The position numbers and the translations under genes were made by a program. 64,000 nt of DNA, from positions 16,982,950 to 17,046,949 of the forward strand of contig NC_134029.1 of NCBI RefSeq assembly GCF_964204645.1. Direction: 5' to 3'. The notes beneath the pieces were generated by a model, which saw only the letters and a program-made list of their open reading frames with translations, was not told the origin of the DNA and searched no databases. This document shows positions 49,188-62,812 of this stretch, piece by piece; position 1 is the stretch's first letter, and each line of letters begins with the position of its first letter. Source of the DNA: Tubulanus polymorphus (Eukaryota > Animalia > Nemertea).

Positions 49188-49630
49188 TAAATTGATTTTA
49201 GAAGTTCAATGATTTATATCATGTATCATTTCAATCACACTTTACTAATACTTTTAATGTTTAAACATCTAACTCATACAAATATAAATAGTGAAATAAT
49301 GTTGTAAATATATACTTTTATATTGAATAATCTGTCAATTTAAATGTTATTCGTGTATATGATTATTTTAAGAGTAATAGGGGTAATAGGCTTTCAGGTT
49401 AAAGGTTGAACGGGCGGGTGAGTAAAAAATGAAAATAATTACATTTTCTACTTGAATTAGGAGTGAAACTCATAAAAATGAAAAATAAATTCGAGTGTGT
49501 GAGAATTTATTTTTCATTTTTATGAGTTTCGCGAGTAATTCAAGTAGAAATTGTAATTATTTTCATGTTTTTCATTTTTACGAGCTCGACCGTTCGACCT
49601 TTGGCTTGAAAGCCTATTACCCCTATTACT
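49188..49630 (-). repeat. Polinton right TIR (443 bp); outer 258 bp (49373-49630) is an imperfect palindrome
   Basis: Inverted copy of 23157-23608. Confidence 0.95.
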
Positions 49631-50995
49631 AAAACAGAGCAGTTGGCATCCCTGCACATTTGAAAACTAGAGGACCAAAGGTCCTGAGGCTCGAAATATG
49701 TAAGCAACCGACTTACTATTGATGATGCAACGCGATGCAACGCGACGATCGCGTCGCATCGCAAGGTCGACCTACGCCCGGCTTTAGATACGATTAGAGG
49801 GGTTGAGACACGAAGGTATCATTCTAGCCATGATGCATGTTTAATCCATATACTATCAAGGTTACAAAGTACTTACCACTGACCATATGATACAGTCTGC
49901 TCTTGGGACAATCGCCAAGAACCCATGACATAGGTCAATAACCATGCAGTCCATGGGGTACAAGCTTTACATCCACGTGTTAACACAGTTGATTTGACGC
50001 TCTTCACAGACTGAACAAAAGGCCAACTGCTCCAGCTGTACGCTTAGGGCCTGGAGCTTTTCTAACGATCCACCAAGTGGAACAGAATAAATATTTTCCA
50101 TCTCCAGGGTAAAAATCCCCTAGGTAAAAATCTCCTATGTAAAAATCCCTAATTCTTCAAAGTAGGTAAATATCCCCCTCTTTATGAATGCATTCTAAGT
50201 AGATATACAATCTTAAGGTCAATTAATTCATATTACTGATACATATATCCAATTAATTCATATTTTTCTGTGGAACACCATAAGGATATCATGAGCATAC
50301 AAACTATAGTATATGATACATAACAAATTCACAGTTCGTTGATACTAAATTTATTAGTACTTAAGGTTATCGCACAGCTTAACCCTTTCAGTGCGTCTAC
50401 ACCGCAGCGCGGTGTATAAATTGGTGATGGATTTTGCTAGTACACCGCACGACAGTGTATTGATGTAATTAGTAATTATCTCTCTTGAAAAATGACAGCA
50501 CCTGTCAAACATAGTGAAATACTGGTAACGATACACCGCACCGCGGTGTAGATGCACTATAGTGGTAGTCCTATTAGTCAACACGCTAGGGTGGAATTTA
50601 AAAAAATTTTCAAATTATCTCCAGCACTATAGGGTATTAATTTGAAAGTTAAACGAGCCTTACCTGAAAGGTGAAGTTTGACTGGAATTCTATAGAGTGA
50701 GGTTATGGGTTGGAGATCAAATGAGATATGCCTCGCACATGCGCCATCAGTATTCAACAAATACTGTTTTGGAGCCCTAACAATGGGAGTGGAAGGGAGG
50801 GCATTTGATCTCCAACCCATAACCTCACTCTATAGAATTCCAGTCAAACTTCACCTTTCAGGTAAGGCTCGTTTAACTTTCAAATTGTATTTCGTTTCGG
50901 TTATGGGTTTTGGAGACCCAATGAGACTTCAAAGAAGCGACAAAACAGTAACAACTCAAATGTACGTAGTATTGCGAAAATTTATTAACATATAA

Positions 50996-51990
50996 TCACT
51001 TCTTCAATACTCCTTCCACAAAATTCTGCGAATCATGTTTAATTGGTTTTCCATAATACTTAGCAAAAGTCGCTGCGTTAGACCAACCAGCCGTTTTCAA
51101 AATATCTTCCAAAGGCACATCGTTCAGCTTAGCTTTCGAGGTAGCTGCCGCCCTTACACTATGAGGCTTAAATACTTTTGTATCAATTCCAGCCTGCGAC
51201 ATCGCAGTTTTTACCCATCTGCTTATTGTATCTCTCGAAACTGCTTTGTATGGTTTTACGTAACTAACGAACAATCTAGGTTCAGATTCCCGAATATCCT
51301 TAGTTCTCCTAATATATTCCGACAATGCAAGATGAGCACAAATTAACCTATTTACATAATACTTTTTAATACAAACATCTGGGGGAATATATCCCCTTTG
51401 TGACTGTTTTAAATCGGTTCTCCCAAAATAAAACTTATAATTCTCGTTCTCTTTAATCATCTGATCTAATCGTAACAAACTCAATGACTGCGCTGGTCTG
51501 GCAGCCATAATCAACGATAATAACATCACAAGTTTCAAAGTCAACTATTTCAAACTTAAAAATCTAACAGGCGATAAACTCTCCGCCCAATTTAAAACAA
51601 CAGAAACATCCCATATATAAGTATATCTAACCTGGGGCGGTCTCAAATTGTACAATCCTTTCATAAATCTAGACACCAAGGGGTGAGCCCCTATACTCAT
51701 TGAATTATATCTCCCAACAACTTCTACAATCTGAGCAACAGCAGACCTCGCTGTGTTCACTGCACTGTAACTTAAGGTTTCTACATCAACAAGATAAACA
51801 AAAAATTCGAGATACTACTCTACAGAGGGATGAATTGGATTAACTTTCCATTTATTACAAAACCGTTTCCATTTCCTGAGAAAAACTTCATACTGTTGAT
51901 GTGTGCCCTTTTTCCATGAGGCCAACAATATCTCTCTAGTCCTTGTTGAAAACGTCTGTTTTTCTCCTGACCTCCAGAAACTAGACAGGC
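50996..51990 (-). pseudogene. DIRS tyrosine recombinase, with stops
   Basis: MNTARSAV, HPLVSRFMKG, R in AARPAQSL, HSVR, TAGWSN..TFAKYY. 5' boundary approximate. Confidence 0.9.
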
Positions 51991-53810
51991 AACTAATGTC
52001 AGTCTGTCCTTCAACAAGTGAGTTTCTCCCTGTCGCGTTATCAGCCAATCGACTTTCGGCAGAGTTACGGGGATGTCTATCAATAATTTCAAAAGTGTTG
52101 TCATCCATCAGCGGAACTACTAATACTGCTGCTGGAGTTTCGTCCATTCGAATCTTCTGTAGGCATCTTCCCACAAGACTGAAAGGTGGAAACATATAAC
52201 AAAGATTAAATTTCCATGACACATAAAATGCATTGACAATTGTCGCCCCTGGGTCCGGGCGCCATGATACGTAAATCGGCAACTGTGCATTCATTCTAGA
52301 AGCAAATAAGTCAATGGCTGGCATCCCATATTTCATCACAATCTTTCTGAATATAGAGGAATCTAACTTCCATTCTGCTTCATCACAGAAATGTCTGCTC
52401 TCAAAATCCGCATCCACATTTAACTTTCCAGGTATATGTGAAGCTGAAAGCTAGATACCCCTTATTTTACACCATTCCCAGATTTCACGACCCAGGCTAT
52501 TAAGGCTTTTGACTTTTGTACCACCCATATGGTTTATATACGAAATGGCAGATGTGTTGTCCATCTTCAGATGGACATGGGTATCTTTCATTTTTGAACA
52601 GAAGGATTTTAGAGCAAAGAATCCGGCTTTTAATTCTAAGAAGTTTATAGATTGATTCTCTTCAGCGTCATCTTTCCTCCATCTCCCTCCAGTTCTATTA
52701 CTCAAGTATTCTGCCCCCCAGCCTTGAAAGGAAGCATCACTTGAAATAACGGCATTCGGTTCCCCTCGAGATATCTTCCGCTCTGCCGTATGCAGGTTCT
52801 CAACCCACCATTTTAATTCCTGTTTCATCTCACATGACACAATCATTGTTTTATCATAATTTCCTTTACTCTTTTGTAAAGCTATGATTTTCTCACCTTC
52901 TAAATTTCTATAGTACATCATTCCATAGTCCACAGCAGGCAAAGCTGCCACGATGAGTCCTATAACCTTTGCCACAATTCTAATCGTCTCAATGTTCTTC
53001 TGTAATAAATTAGAGCAATCAGTTAAGATGTACTCTTTTTTCTTTTCAGTCAGAGTGACTATCATTTCATTGGAGTTTATAACGAAACCCAAATGTGTAA
53101 TAACTTGAGACCCGTCTTTAGTAGTCTTCGTATAATTAATGATATACCCTAATTCTTCTTGCAACTCAATCGTGTCAACCTTATCCTGCTGGGATTGTGA
53201 TTCAGTGTCTGAGATTATAATTTCATCATCAATGTAACCACTTATTGTTATCCCCATCTTCCTTAAGGAAGATAAAACTGGCTTACACAATTTCGTGTAA
53301 GTCCGAGGTCCTGATGCAAGGCCATTTGGTATGCATGTATACTGATACAATTTTCCATTGAACATGAATCTAAGCCATCTCCGGTCTTCCGGGTGGACTG
53401 ATATACAATAATACGCATCTTTAATAATAATCAATAGACTGCATAAAACACCCAGGTGTAACCAGCTTGAGAACAGCTTCAAAAGTGTCCATCTTGAAGT
53501 GATGGTATTCCAGAAATTTATTCAAATTTTTCAAATTCAGAATAACTCGATATGCCCCCTCTTCTTTTTTCGGGCGAATAAAAATATTCGATATAAATTC
53601 TGGATAGCTATGATCAGTCATTTTTATAACACCTGATTCCAAGAATCTATCAAGCTGCACCTGAATAATTGCAGTTTCTGTATCATTAAATCTCAACGGC
53701 TTGGGTACCCAGTGCTGAACTGGTACCTTACCATCAATAAATTCAAGCCTGTGGCCAGAAACATCTCTCAAGATGGTTACATCTGATGTGATCTTTTTCC
53801 AGTTTTCCAA
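51820..53810 (-). pseudogene. DIRS pol: RT, RNase H and methyltransferase-like domain (frameshifted)
   Basis: RVILNLKNLN, HFKMD, KDAYY, PNGLASGP, YIDD, SDASFQGWG, INFLELKA, MDNTSA, IDLFAS, YMFPPF. Confidence 0.92.
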
Positions 53811-53869
53811 ATGAAACTGTAGACTTCCAGCGGTTTTAATAGTAAAATCTGACTTTCTACTAACCTGAC

Positions 53870-55163
53870 TTAGTCTTGTTTGACTTGTTTCAGACTCTTT
53901 CCTTTCTTGTATTTGCTGTGGCTCGGCCCGCTTCCACCGTGCAAACGGGCCTGCTGGTAGTTTAAATAACTATTCTGTTTTGAGCCGAAATGTTTGTGCA
54001 TATGGCTATATGGGCTGTACGATGTAGATGCGCCGCGCCCTTTCCACGGTCTCCAATTCCAAGCCCTGTTTCTTAAGCCTGAAGTCTGTGGTTTTAACTT
54101 AGACCCAACACGGTTCACATCAGTAATATCTTTGAATGTTTTTTCCACATTTCCTCCGAAAAGTTTTTGGTATGAGGAACAGACGAGGAACACAAATGAG
54201 TATACTCATTTTTCAAATCCGGTTTTAACAGTTCTCTTCGTCGCAAACATAAGTTATGGTATCCATGACCTAGCAGCGCTAAGGCAGAAGAATATTCCTC
54301 GATGTCGTTACTCGGCTTCTCGGCCGATTCGCAAATATTAAACTTATCCGCCAGATAAGTAAGACAGACCGCTGCCTTTGCGATGCAAGTCTGAGTGACT
54401 TGTAACTTTGCATCCATCGCCTGTGACTTCGTCGAAATAATATCCCAAACCAGTTGGTCAACTTCCACGGGCAGGAGAGTCTCACAATTGTCCGGTCTCT
54501 CATATTTTTTACAAAGGTCTTCATACGATTCATCGCTAATCCCTTCTTGGAATAGCCCATGCACAATATTGGCAAGGTCTCCATCCACAGAAACTCCTGT
54601 GGTTTCTTTAGTTTGCCATTTATTCAGCATTGCTGAAAAAATGCTATTAGGCCTACTCGAGCCAGCGGCTTGAGCACTTCCCTCGGCAGAACTTGGTTTG
54701 CTCTTTTTTGCTGGGGTCCCTCATAGTCCTCATCGTCCGAAATATCATGCCGTTTTGTGCATTGTTGGTCGAAATCGGAAATCCAAACCGAATCACTGCC
54801 GACCTCGTCGCCGCACCCGGCTTCCCACATAACACTCACTTTTTCCTTCATCGCAACCTGGGACTGGATTACATCAGTCAAAAGTTTCTCGATCCGTTGA
54901 AAATCTGAAGCGTTATTATTAGAATCTTTCTTTTCTTTTACCTTCGAAGACCCGGCAGTTCGACAACGCGACGCGCTGGAACCAGAAATCGCCGCTGTGG
55001 AAGGCAAAATCGACGTAGCGGAGCTTGCAGCCGCCATTTTGTTTTTCTCGGAATTTCCACCCGACCTCGTCGAGGGCTTCTTCGAGTGTTTTTCCTGGGA
55101 AACACTAACACTAACAGGAGCCACGCTCCCATCTCCAGGTTCCGGTACTGTTCCTTCTTGCAT
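53870..55163 (-). pseudogene. DIRS gag-like ORF (two frameshifts)
   Basis: Pieces from 55163 (MQEGTV) through 54115-54630 (YERPDNC...VDQLVW...LRRRELLKP) to 53870 (KLFGG plus basic tail). Confidence 0.75.
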
Positions 55164-55919
55164 AATCGATCTCAAATCTTGAAAAACCCGCAAGTGGAAC
55201 GTAAAAATCCGAAAAATTTTATGAGCGTGAACTCTCGCAATGGCGTCAAGAGGCAACTGATGGCGCATGCGCGAGGCATATCTCAATGGATCTCCAAAAC
55301 CCATAACCGAAACAGAATTAGTCAGCACTGAAAGGGTTAATGAAAGGGTTCATCGCACATTTCAAAAATATTACACTTGCTTGGATCTAAAATATTTCAA
55401 ATAAAAAGTTCATTATTTCTTACAATTCATGGCACCACACAGCTCAAATATACCACAACAAAAGTTCACAGTCAAAAATATTCCACTTCGAATTTTAAGA
55501 TATTATAAATAATAAGTTCATTACTAAAGTTCATAAGTTCATTATTATTATATCAATTCTAACAATTGATTTTATTCTAACAGTTTACTCAAGAATTTAT
55601 CACAATGAAAGATTTCATTGCACAGTGCAAACATATTTTCCAGTCTCATTGCAGATGAATAAAATTGTAGAAACATTTTTTTTTGAAATGTTCTTGAAAA
55701 GTGGAGATTTTTACCCAGGGGATATTTAGGGGATTTTTACCATAACTGTGTATCCCTACTGGGTATCAAATAAGTTTCAATATTCATTTTCAATGTCATT
55801 AAAAATATTTATTGTATAAAATTGAATACAAAATACATGAAATGAGTCATAACATTTTTGTTGAAAAAGTATGGACGGTATATATGAAATTAATCTTTTC
55901 ATTTGAGGACTATTTTAAG

Positions 55920-58099
55920 TTAAAAGTTTGCAAAATCATATTCGCGATTCATTCTTAAGGTAACCGTTAATGTTTGTTTATCTGCGTCCCACTGAGCTCT
56001 GCCATTTTTATGGTCAACGGAATGAGGTAAATGGAGTCCAAGTTTACTACAACAAAAAATGAAAACAAGTACCGGTTGTTGGATGGCATAAAGACATGTT
56101 GAGCATTCTTACACACGATTATAAACATTAATTTTAATATTGATTTGTGGATTTACAGAAAATGTCTTTCTGGTGCAAACACAAGGGTCGATGGGTTGGA
56201 TCCATGGTGTATCGAGTATTCCCAATTAGAAATATTTTCTTAGTCATGACATGTATTTTACCCTAAAAATTAGCAAGTAGCCACAAATAGCTCTGCTCTA
56301 ATAGACATTTTGACATAGACTTATTTAATACATTGAATTCATCAAAGCCTCCATAGCAATGTTCATGTGAGAATGTTCGAATCGCGCTCTTATTCGGAAC
56401 TATGAAGCACAGAACACATTATGACATGCCCATACTCAGGGGTTCCAACAAATATGCTTGAATTTGTGAAATTGCGGCTCTTTGCATTTAATTTTCTGCC
56501 GGACACTATACTACCAGGACCCGACATTTCCTTACAAAATGTTCCACTTTCATGAAAATATCAAACCTCTTAAGACATGGCTGGCTAACGTTGTCTGATG
56601 AACGTTATAAAACCAACCGCAAATGAAAAATCTAGGCTGTATTGCAAAATAATGATGTTTAATCCCAATCTCTCATCAACTGATTTATGATTGGTCCCAA
56701 CTAATCCGGATTAAGCAGTTTGACTTTCTATATCATCAATAGCAATAACTCCTGTATATCTTCTTGATTTTTTACATGCTTATGGCTATCTGCTTGAACT
56801 GATTGTGCTACGACTATTTCATTAGTCGAAAAACAATAACTTGTTAGGTTCCCCAATAAACCCTGAAACGTATTTGCTGCAATGGTGCCATATAACATTA
56901 CAGCATCACTGTATGTATACAAGGGCAGTTACGTAGTCATTTTGGTACAGCACTTGGCTGACACACAGATCAGAGAGCTGGTTCACCTCCAGTGCAGAGT
57001 GAAAATATGTTTTTTTAATTCCACATTCTTGCTCACAACAATGTTACCAGTGGCCTCCACGGGCACAGTATAATCGCCAACACATTTTTTGATTTATACA
57101 TTCTAGAATACTCCAACTAAATCCCCGGCCAGTATTTCGATGAGTTTTAAGTTCTGGGCTAAAAAACATGTGTAGTTTCCACAGGTTTTTCGCTAGTATA
57201 CAATAATCATGTCTTGCACACTTTGATTTCGCAGTGTTCAGGTTAAGCGATTTATGGTTGGCCTATTCAGAACGGTCAATACTTACAATTTATTCGTTCG
57301 TAGATCTAAGAATTTTTGTTTCACATCGAGATCCATTTCTTTAGCCATTGTACCGGGTAGCTTGATTTTGATAACCATATCCTCGCAACTAGCTGTCGAT
57401 GGCGTTTTATTTCCCATTTGAAGATAAATGTCCTCACTATTCACAGACTGTTTATAGATTATTTCATATCTAGAAAAATGAAGATAATTCCAAAAATGTT
57501 TCACTCAAAGCTCGTATAGCCTAATCCGGAGTTAAATGCAGAATTTGATCACACTCAGACATTATTGATATTCACAGTCAGCTTTTTGAACAAAAAGTGA
57601 TATATGTTATCTGTTTGGTTTAAAACCAGACCACAGGTTTATTATAGAGACTAATCTTAGTTGGGTTGAATCAATGAAATATTTTAACTCGGGTCAGGTC
57701 TAAAAACTAATCTTAAGCCTATCACGCCACAGATATAGGATATAAACAAGACAAAGAAAAGATTTGTGGCTTGTTTTGTGACTGTTCTCTTTTTCGCTTT
57801 GCGCGATTGTGGGAGACGTAATCAGAACAGATAAACACAAATTAGTTTCGGGTTTATTTCTGAAGAGGCTTTACTCAGGCCGTGTTTAGTATCTTTTTCA
57901 GGTAGGTTCCAAAAACTTACTCAGGTTGGGGTCGTGAATCGTATATATCATCATGTTCTGCGCCATCATTCAATTCTTCATCGAGCCAGATGTCTTTGGA
58001 TTTACTCTTCACATCACCGGTGGTACCCGCAGTTGATGAGACACTTGGTTTTACCGATGCTATACTAGCAGGACCCATCTTTGCGACTGCAGTTTGAGG
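55920..58099 (-). CDS. PIH1D3: PIH1 domain-containing protein 3 / dynein axonemal assembly factor 6, last three coding exons
   Basis: Exons 58099-57921, 57469-57287 and 56046-55920 with GT/AG sites and matching phases: MGPASI...KDIW...DSRPQPEYEIIYKQSVNSEDIYLQMGNKTPSTASCEDMVIKIKLP...LDLRTNKFKLGLHLPHSVD...AQWD...LTVTLRMNREYDFANF. First exon not located. Confidence 0.88.
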
Positions 58100-59584
58100 C
58101 TGAAATCATTTTTTAAATCTACATTTTTTTAGGAAATGCATTGGATATTCAGACAAAGCCAATTCAAATTCATGCTGAGAGTTTGTGGAAGTAGGCAACG
58201 CATAGAACCTCATCTGCTTCTTCTAATCGGATAGGGTTTATGAAGTATTTCCAAATCTCAGCATTATGGGGTAGAGGGTTCGCATTGGAACGCGGATACA
58301 TTTATCTAAAACAAGGCAACCAAACTCGAAAAGTTACCACCGCGAATTTACCACCGCTTTACGACTCCGTAAATATAGCCACTTTGTATTTTATATACCG
58401 GTAGGCCTATACTACAGAGACATTGGATTTAAACAGATTATCATTTCTACATCTACACCACAGGGGTTTGGCGATGGGCTTGGATTTTATTTCCGGGTTG
58501 CTGATAACCTCGCGAGAATGGCGCTAAATATGAACTGCGAATAAATTCAAAATATCACGGAAATACCTTGTGTTTATATTGTTTATTTATCCGCTAGGCC
58601 TATAAAGTTTCGATAAACAATTGGTCGTTAAGAATCATTATCAGACGGTCGTCACGCTTTACTATATATAAAATCACAAGGGATGAAACGCCAGGCCTCC
58701 GCTGTACTTAAATTTTCAGCCAGAAAGTTGGGACAGTCACGTGAAATTCTGATGACGTCATCGCATTTAAAACTTCAACACGAAAAGTTAACATATTCAC
58801 AGACCGATATCAATTGTCAGATTATGATTCTATGAAATAAAGGTATGACTGCAGTTTAGGTGTCCCTAATGGTTATGTACCTAACCTTACCATATATATA
58901 TGAGCCATCCACGTTCCCGTCTCGACCCGTTACTGTCTCGACCCGTTCCCGTCTCGACCCTACCGTACAATAGCGCCACCACAGTCGATTATTTGAACTA
59001 AAACACTACGACGCGTATCGGATTCGTTTTTCGCATGTGAACCTACTAACAATTTTAAAAAATCAAATTAGATTTTTGAAAACTTTTCATTGAAAAGATC
59101 GAATGATGGAAACGGTATAAGCTTTAATTTTTAGATACCTTCACTAGAAAGATTTTAGCCTGGATTCTGTCATTCAGCAGATTGCGTCAATCACGAGAGG
59201 TGTGGATCTGCACTTACCAAGAAAACGCCTCCAATGTCAACAGAAGTAAAAATTCAAGATGCGAAGTAAGCAATTTCCCGTCGAGATTTCCTCCCAGAAA
59301 TAATATATATTTACTGGTAAAGCTAAACTAATTTCAAATATAATCTTGAATGAATTACACGAGTGTAATTATTTTGGTTTCTAAAAAATAAAATCAACTT
59401 TCTTTAAATCTCTCAAACCGTTTTTTTCAAAAAATGACCCGGCCCGGGGCATTTTGTTAGGGGCATGTTTATTGCCATTAATCAATTCGAATTCATCAAA
59501 TTTATGAAGAAAATTAATGTATGAATTTTGAAAAAAAATAAAGATGATTGTTAAATTCATGACGCGTTATCTTTCTCTACAGAT

Positions 59585-62500
59585 CCCGTGGGTCTTTCTC
59601 CATGGACCCTATGTTCCTGTCTCGACCCTTCAAACCTGTCTCTACTCTCTACACAGTCCCGTGGACACCATGTTCCCGTCTCGACCCTTCAAACCTGTCT
59701 CTACTCTTTACACAGTCCCGTAGACACCATGTTCCCGTCTCGACCCTTCAAAACTGTCTCTACTCTTTACACAGTCCCGTGGACACTATGTTCCTGTCTC
59801 GACCCTTCAAAACTGTCTCTACTCTCTAGACAGTCCCGTGGACCCTATGTTCCCGTCTCGACCCTTCAAAACTGTCTCTACTCTCTAGACAGTCCCGTAG
59901 ACACCATGTTCCCGTCTCGACCCTTCACACCTGTCTCTACTCTCTAGACAGTCCCGTGGACCCTATGTTCCCGTCTCGACCCTTCACATCTGTCTCTACT
60001 CTCTAGACAGTCCCGTAGACACCATGTTCCCGTCTCGACCCTTCAAACCTGTCTCTACTCTCTACACAGTCCCGTGGACACCATGTTCCCGTCTCGACCC
60101 TTCAAAACTGTCTCTACTCTCTAGACAGTCCCGTAGACACCATGTTCCCGTCTCGACCCTTCACACCTGTCTCTACTCTCTAGACAGTCCCGTGGACCCT
60201 ATGTTCCCGTCTCGACCCTTCACATCTGTCTCTACTCTCTAGACAGTCCCGTAGACACCATGTTCCCGTCTCGACCCTTCAAAACTGTCTCTACTCTCTA
60301 GACAGTCCCGTGGACCCTATGTTCCCGTCTCGACCCTTCAAAACTGTCTCTACTCTCTACACAGTCCCGTGGACCCTATGTTCCCGTCTCGACCCTTCTA
60401 ACCTGTCTCTAGTCTCTACACAGTCCCGTGGACACTATGTTCCCGTCTCGACCCTTCTAACCTGTCTCTAGTCTCTACACAGTCCCGTGGACCCTATGTT
60501 CCCGTCTCGACCCTTCTAACCTGTCTCTAGTCTCTACACAGTCCCGTGGACCCTATGTTCCCGTCTCGACCCTTCTAACCTGTCTCTAGTCTCTACACAG
60601 TCCCGTGGACCCTATGTTCCCGTCTCGACCCTTCTAACCTGTCTCTAGTCTCTACACAGTCCCGTGGACACCATGTTCCCGTCTCGACCCTTCTAACCTG
60701 TCTCTAGTCTCTACACAGTCCCGTGGACCCTATGTTCCCGTCTCGACCCTTCTAACCTGTCTCTAGTCTCTACACAGTCCCGTGGACCCTATGTTCCCGT
60801 CTCGACCCTTCTAACCAGTCTCTAGTCTCTACACAGTCCCGTGGACCCTATGTTCCCGTCTCGACCCTTCTAACCTGTCTCTAGTCTCTACACATTCCTG
60901 TGGACCCTATGTTCCCGTCTCGACCCTTCAAAACTGTCTCTAGTCTCTACACAGTCCCGTGGACACCATGTTCCCGTCTCGACCCTTCTAACCTGTCTCT
61001 AGTCTCTACACAGTCCCGTGGACACCATGTTCCCGTCTCGACCCTTCTAACCTGTCTCTAGTCTCTACACAGTCCCGTGGACCCTATGTTCCCGTCTCGA
61101 CCCTTCTAACCTGTCTCTAGTCTCTACACAGTCCCGTGGACCCTATGTTCCCGTCTCGACCCTTCTAACCTGTCTCTAGTCTCTACACAGTCCCGTGGAC
61201 ACTATGTTCCCGTCTCGACCCTTCTAACCTGTCTCTAGTCTCTACACAGTCCCGTGGACCCTATGTTCCCGTCTCGACCCTTCTAACCTGTCTCTAGTCT
61301 CTACACAGTCCCGTGGACCCTATGTTCCCGTCTCGACCCTTCTAACCTGTCTCTAGTCTCTACACAGTCCCGTGGACCCTATGTTCCCGTCTCGACCCTT
61401 CTAACCTGTCTCTAGTCTCTACACAGTCCCGTGGACACCATGTTCCCGTCTCGACCCTTCTAACCTGTCTCTAGTCTCTACACAGTCCCGTGGACCCTAT
61501 GTTCCCGTCTCGACCCTTCTAACCTGTCTCTAGTCTCTACACAGTCCCGTGGACCCTATGTTCCCGTCTCGACCCTTCTAACCTGTCTCTAGTCTCTACA
61601 CAGTCCCGTGGACATTATGTTCCTGTCTCGACCCTTCTAACCTGTCTCTAGTCTCTACACAGTCCCGTGGACCCTATGTTCCCGTCTCGACCCTTCTAAC
61701 CAGTCTCTAGTCTCTACACAGTCCCGTGGACATTATGTTCCTGTCTCGACCCTTCTAACCTGTCTCTAGTCTCTACACAGTCCCGTGGACCCTATGTTCC
61801 CGTCTCGACCCTTCTAACCTGTCTCTAGTCTCTACACAGTCCCGTGGACACCATGTTCCCGTCTCGACCCTTCTAACCTGTCTCTAGTCTCTACACAGTC
61901 CCGTGGACCCTATGTTCCCGTCTCGACCCTTCTAACCTGTCTCTAGTCTCTACACAGTCCCGTGGACCCTATGTTCCCGTCTCGACCCTTCTAACCTGTC
62001 TCTAGTCTCTACACAGTCCCGTGGACACTATGTTCCCGTCTCGACCCTTCTAACCTGTCTCTAGTCTCTACACAGTCCCGTGGACCCTATGTTCCCGTCT
62101 CGACCCTTCTAACCTGTCTCTAGTCTCTACACAGTCCCGTGGACCCTATGTTCCCGTCTCGACCCTTCTAACCTGTCTCTAGTCTCTACACAGTCCCGTG
62201 GACCCTATGTTCCCGTCTCGACCCTTCTAACCTGTCTCTAGTCTCTACACAGTCCCGTGGACACCATGTTCCCGTCTCGACCCTTCTAACCTGTCTCTAG
62301 TCTCTACACAGTCCCGTGGACCCTATGTTCCCGTCTCGACCCTTCTAACCTGTCTCTAGTCTCTACACAGTCCCGTGGACCCTATGTTCCCGTCTCGACC
62401 CTTCTAACCAGTCTCTAGTCTCTACACAGTCCCGTGGACATTATGTTCCTGTCTCGACCCTTCTAACCTGTCTCTAGTCTCTACACAGTCCCGTGGACCC

Positions 62501-62812
62501 TATGTTCCCGTCTCGACCCTTCTAACCTGTCTCTAGTCTCAACACAGTCCCGTGGACCCTATGTTCCCGTCTCGACCCTTCTAACCTGTCTCTAGTCTCT
62601 ACACAGTCCCGTGGACCCTATGTTCCCGTCTCGACCCTTCTAACCTGTCTCTAGTCTCTACACAGTCCCGTGGACCCTATGTTCCCGTCTCGACCCTTCT
62701 AACCTGTCTCTACTCTCTACACAGTCCTGTGGACACCATGTTCCCGTCTCGACCCTTCACACCTGTCTCTACTCTCTACACAGTCCTGTGGACACCATGT
62801 TCCCGTCTCGAC
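59585..62812 (+). repeat. 59-bp satellite array, ~54 copies
   Basis: Unit CCCGTGGACCCTATGTTCCCGTCTCGACCCTTCTAACCTGTCTCTAGTCTCTACACAGT. Confidence 0.97.

Larger units (their letters stand above)
23157..49630. mobile_element. Full-length Polinton/Maverick-like endogenous virus (~18.6 kb without the nested Gypsy), decaying
   Basis: AGT...ACT termini; 6-bp TSD AAAACA (23151-23156 and 49631-49636); ~450-bp TIRs; pPolB, capsid, ATPase and integrase genes; much more AT-rich than its flanks. Confidence 0.96.
50639..55313 (-). mobile_element. DIRS1-type tyrosine-recombinase retrotransposon, near full length, defective
   Basis: Inverted terminal repeats (50701-50751 versus 55257-55308). Internal complementary region: 50802-50886 is the perfect inverse of 50639-50723, and 50894-50926 is the inverse of 55281-55313. 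Gag, RT-RH-MT and YR ORFs present. Confidence 0.95.
50383..55336. mobile_element. piggyBac-like ends (TTAA|CCCTTTCAGTGC ... GCACTGAAAGGG|TTAA) enclosing the DIRS
   Basis: 12-bp perfect TIR with CCC/GGG termini; TTAA at 50379-50382 and 55337-55340. Confidence 0.65.
50108..55741. mobile_element. Outer non-autonomous element with GGTAAAAATCCCC terminal repeats, hosting nested insertions
   Basis: Left GGTAAAAATCCCCTAGGTAAAAATCTCC; reverse complement of the right end GGTAAAAATCCCCTAAATATCCCCTGGGTAAAAATCTCC. Confidence 0.5.

Noticed and set aside
23157-49630. Contaminant or misassembled viral contig
   Set aside because: A perfect 6-bp TSD, accumulated nonsense mutations and a nested host retrotransposon indicate a true germline insertion.
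49871-50090. Possible host exon on the minus strand with a GTAAGT donor
   Set aside because: No recognisable protein similarity, clear acceptor or partner exons.
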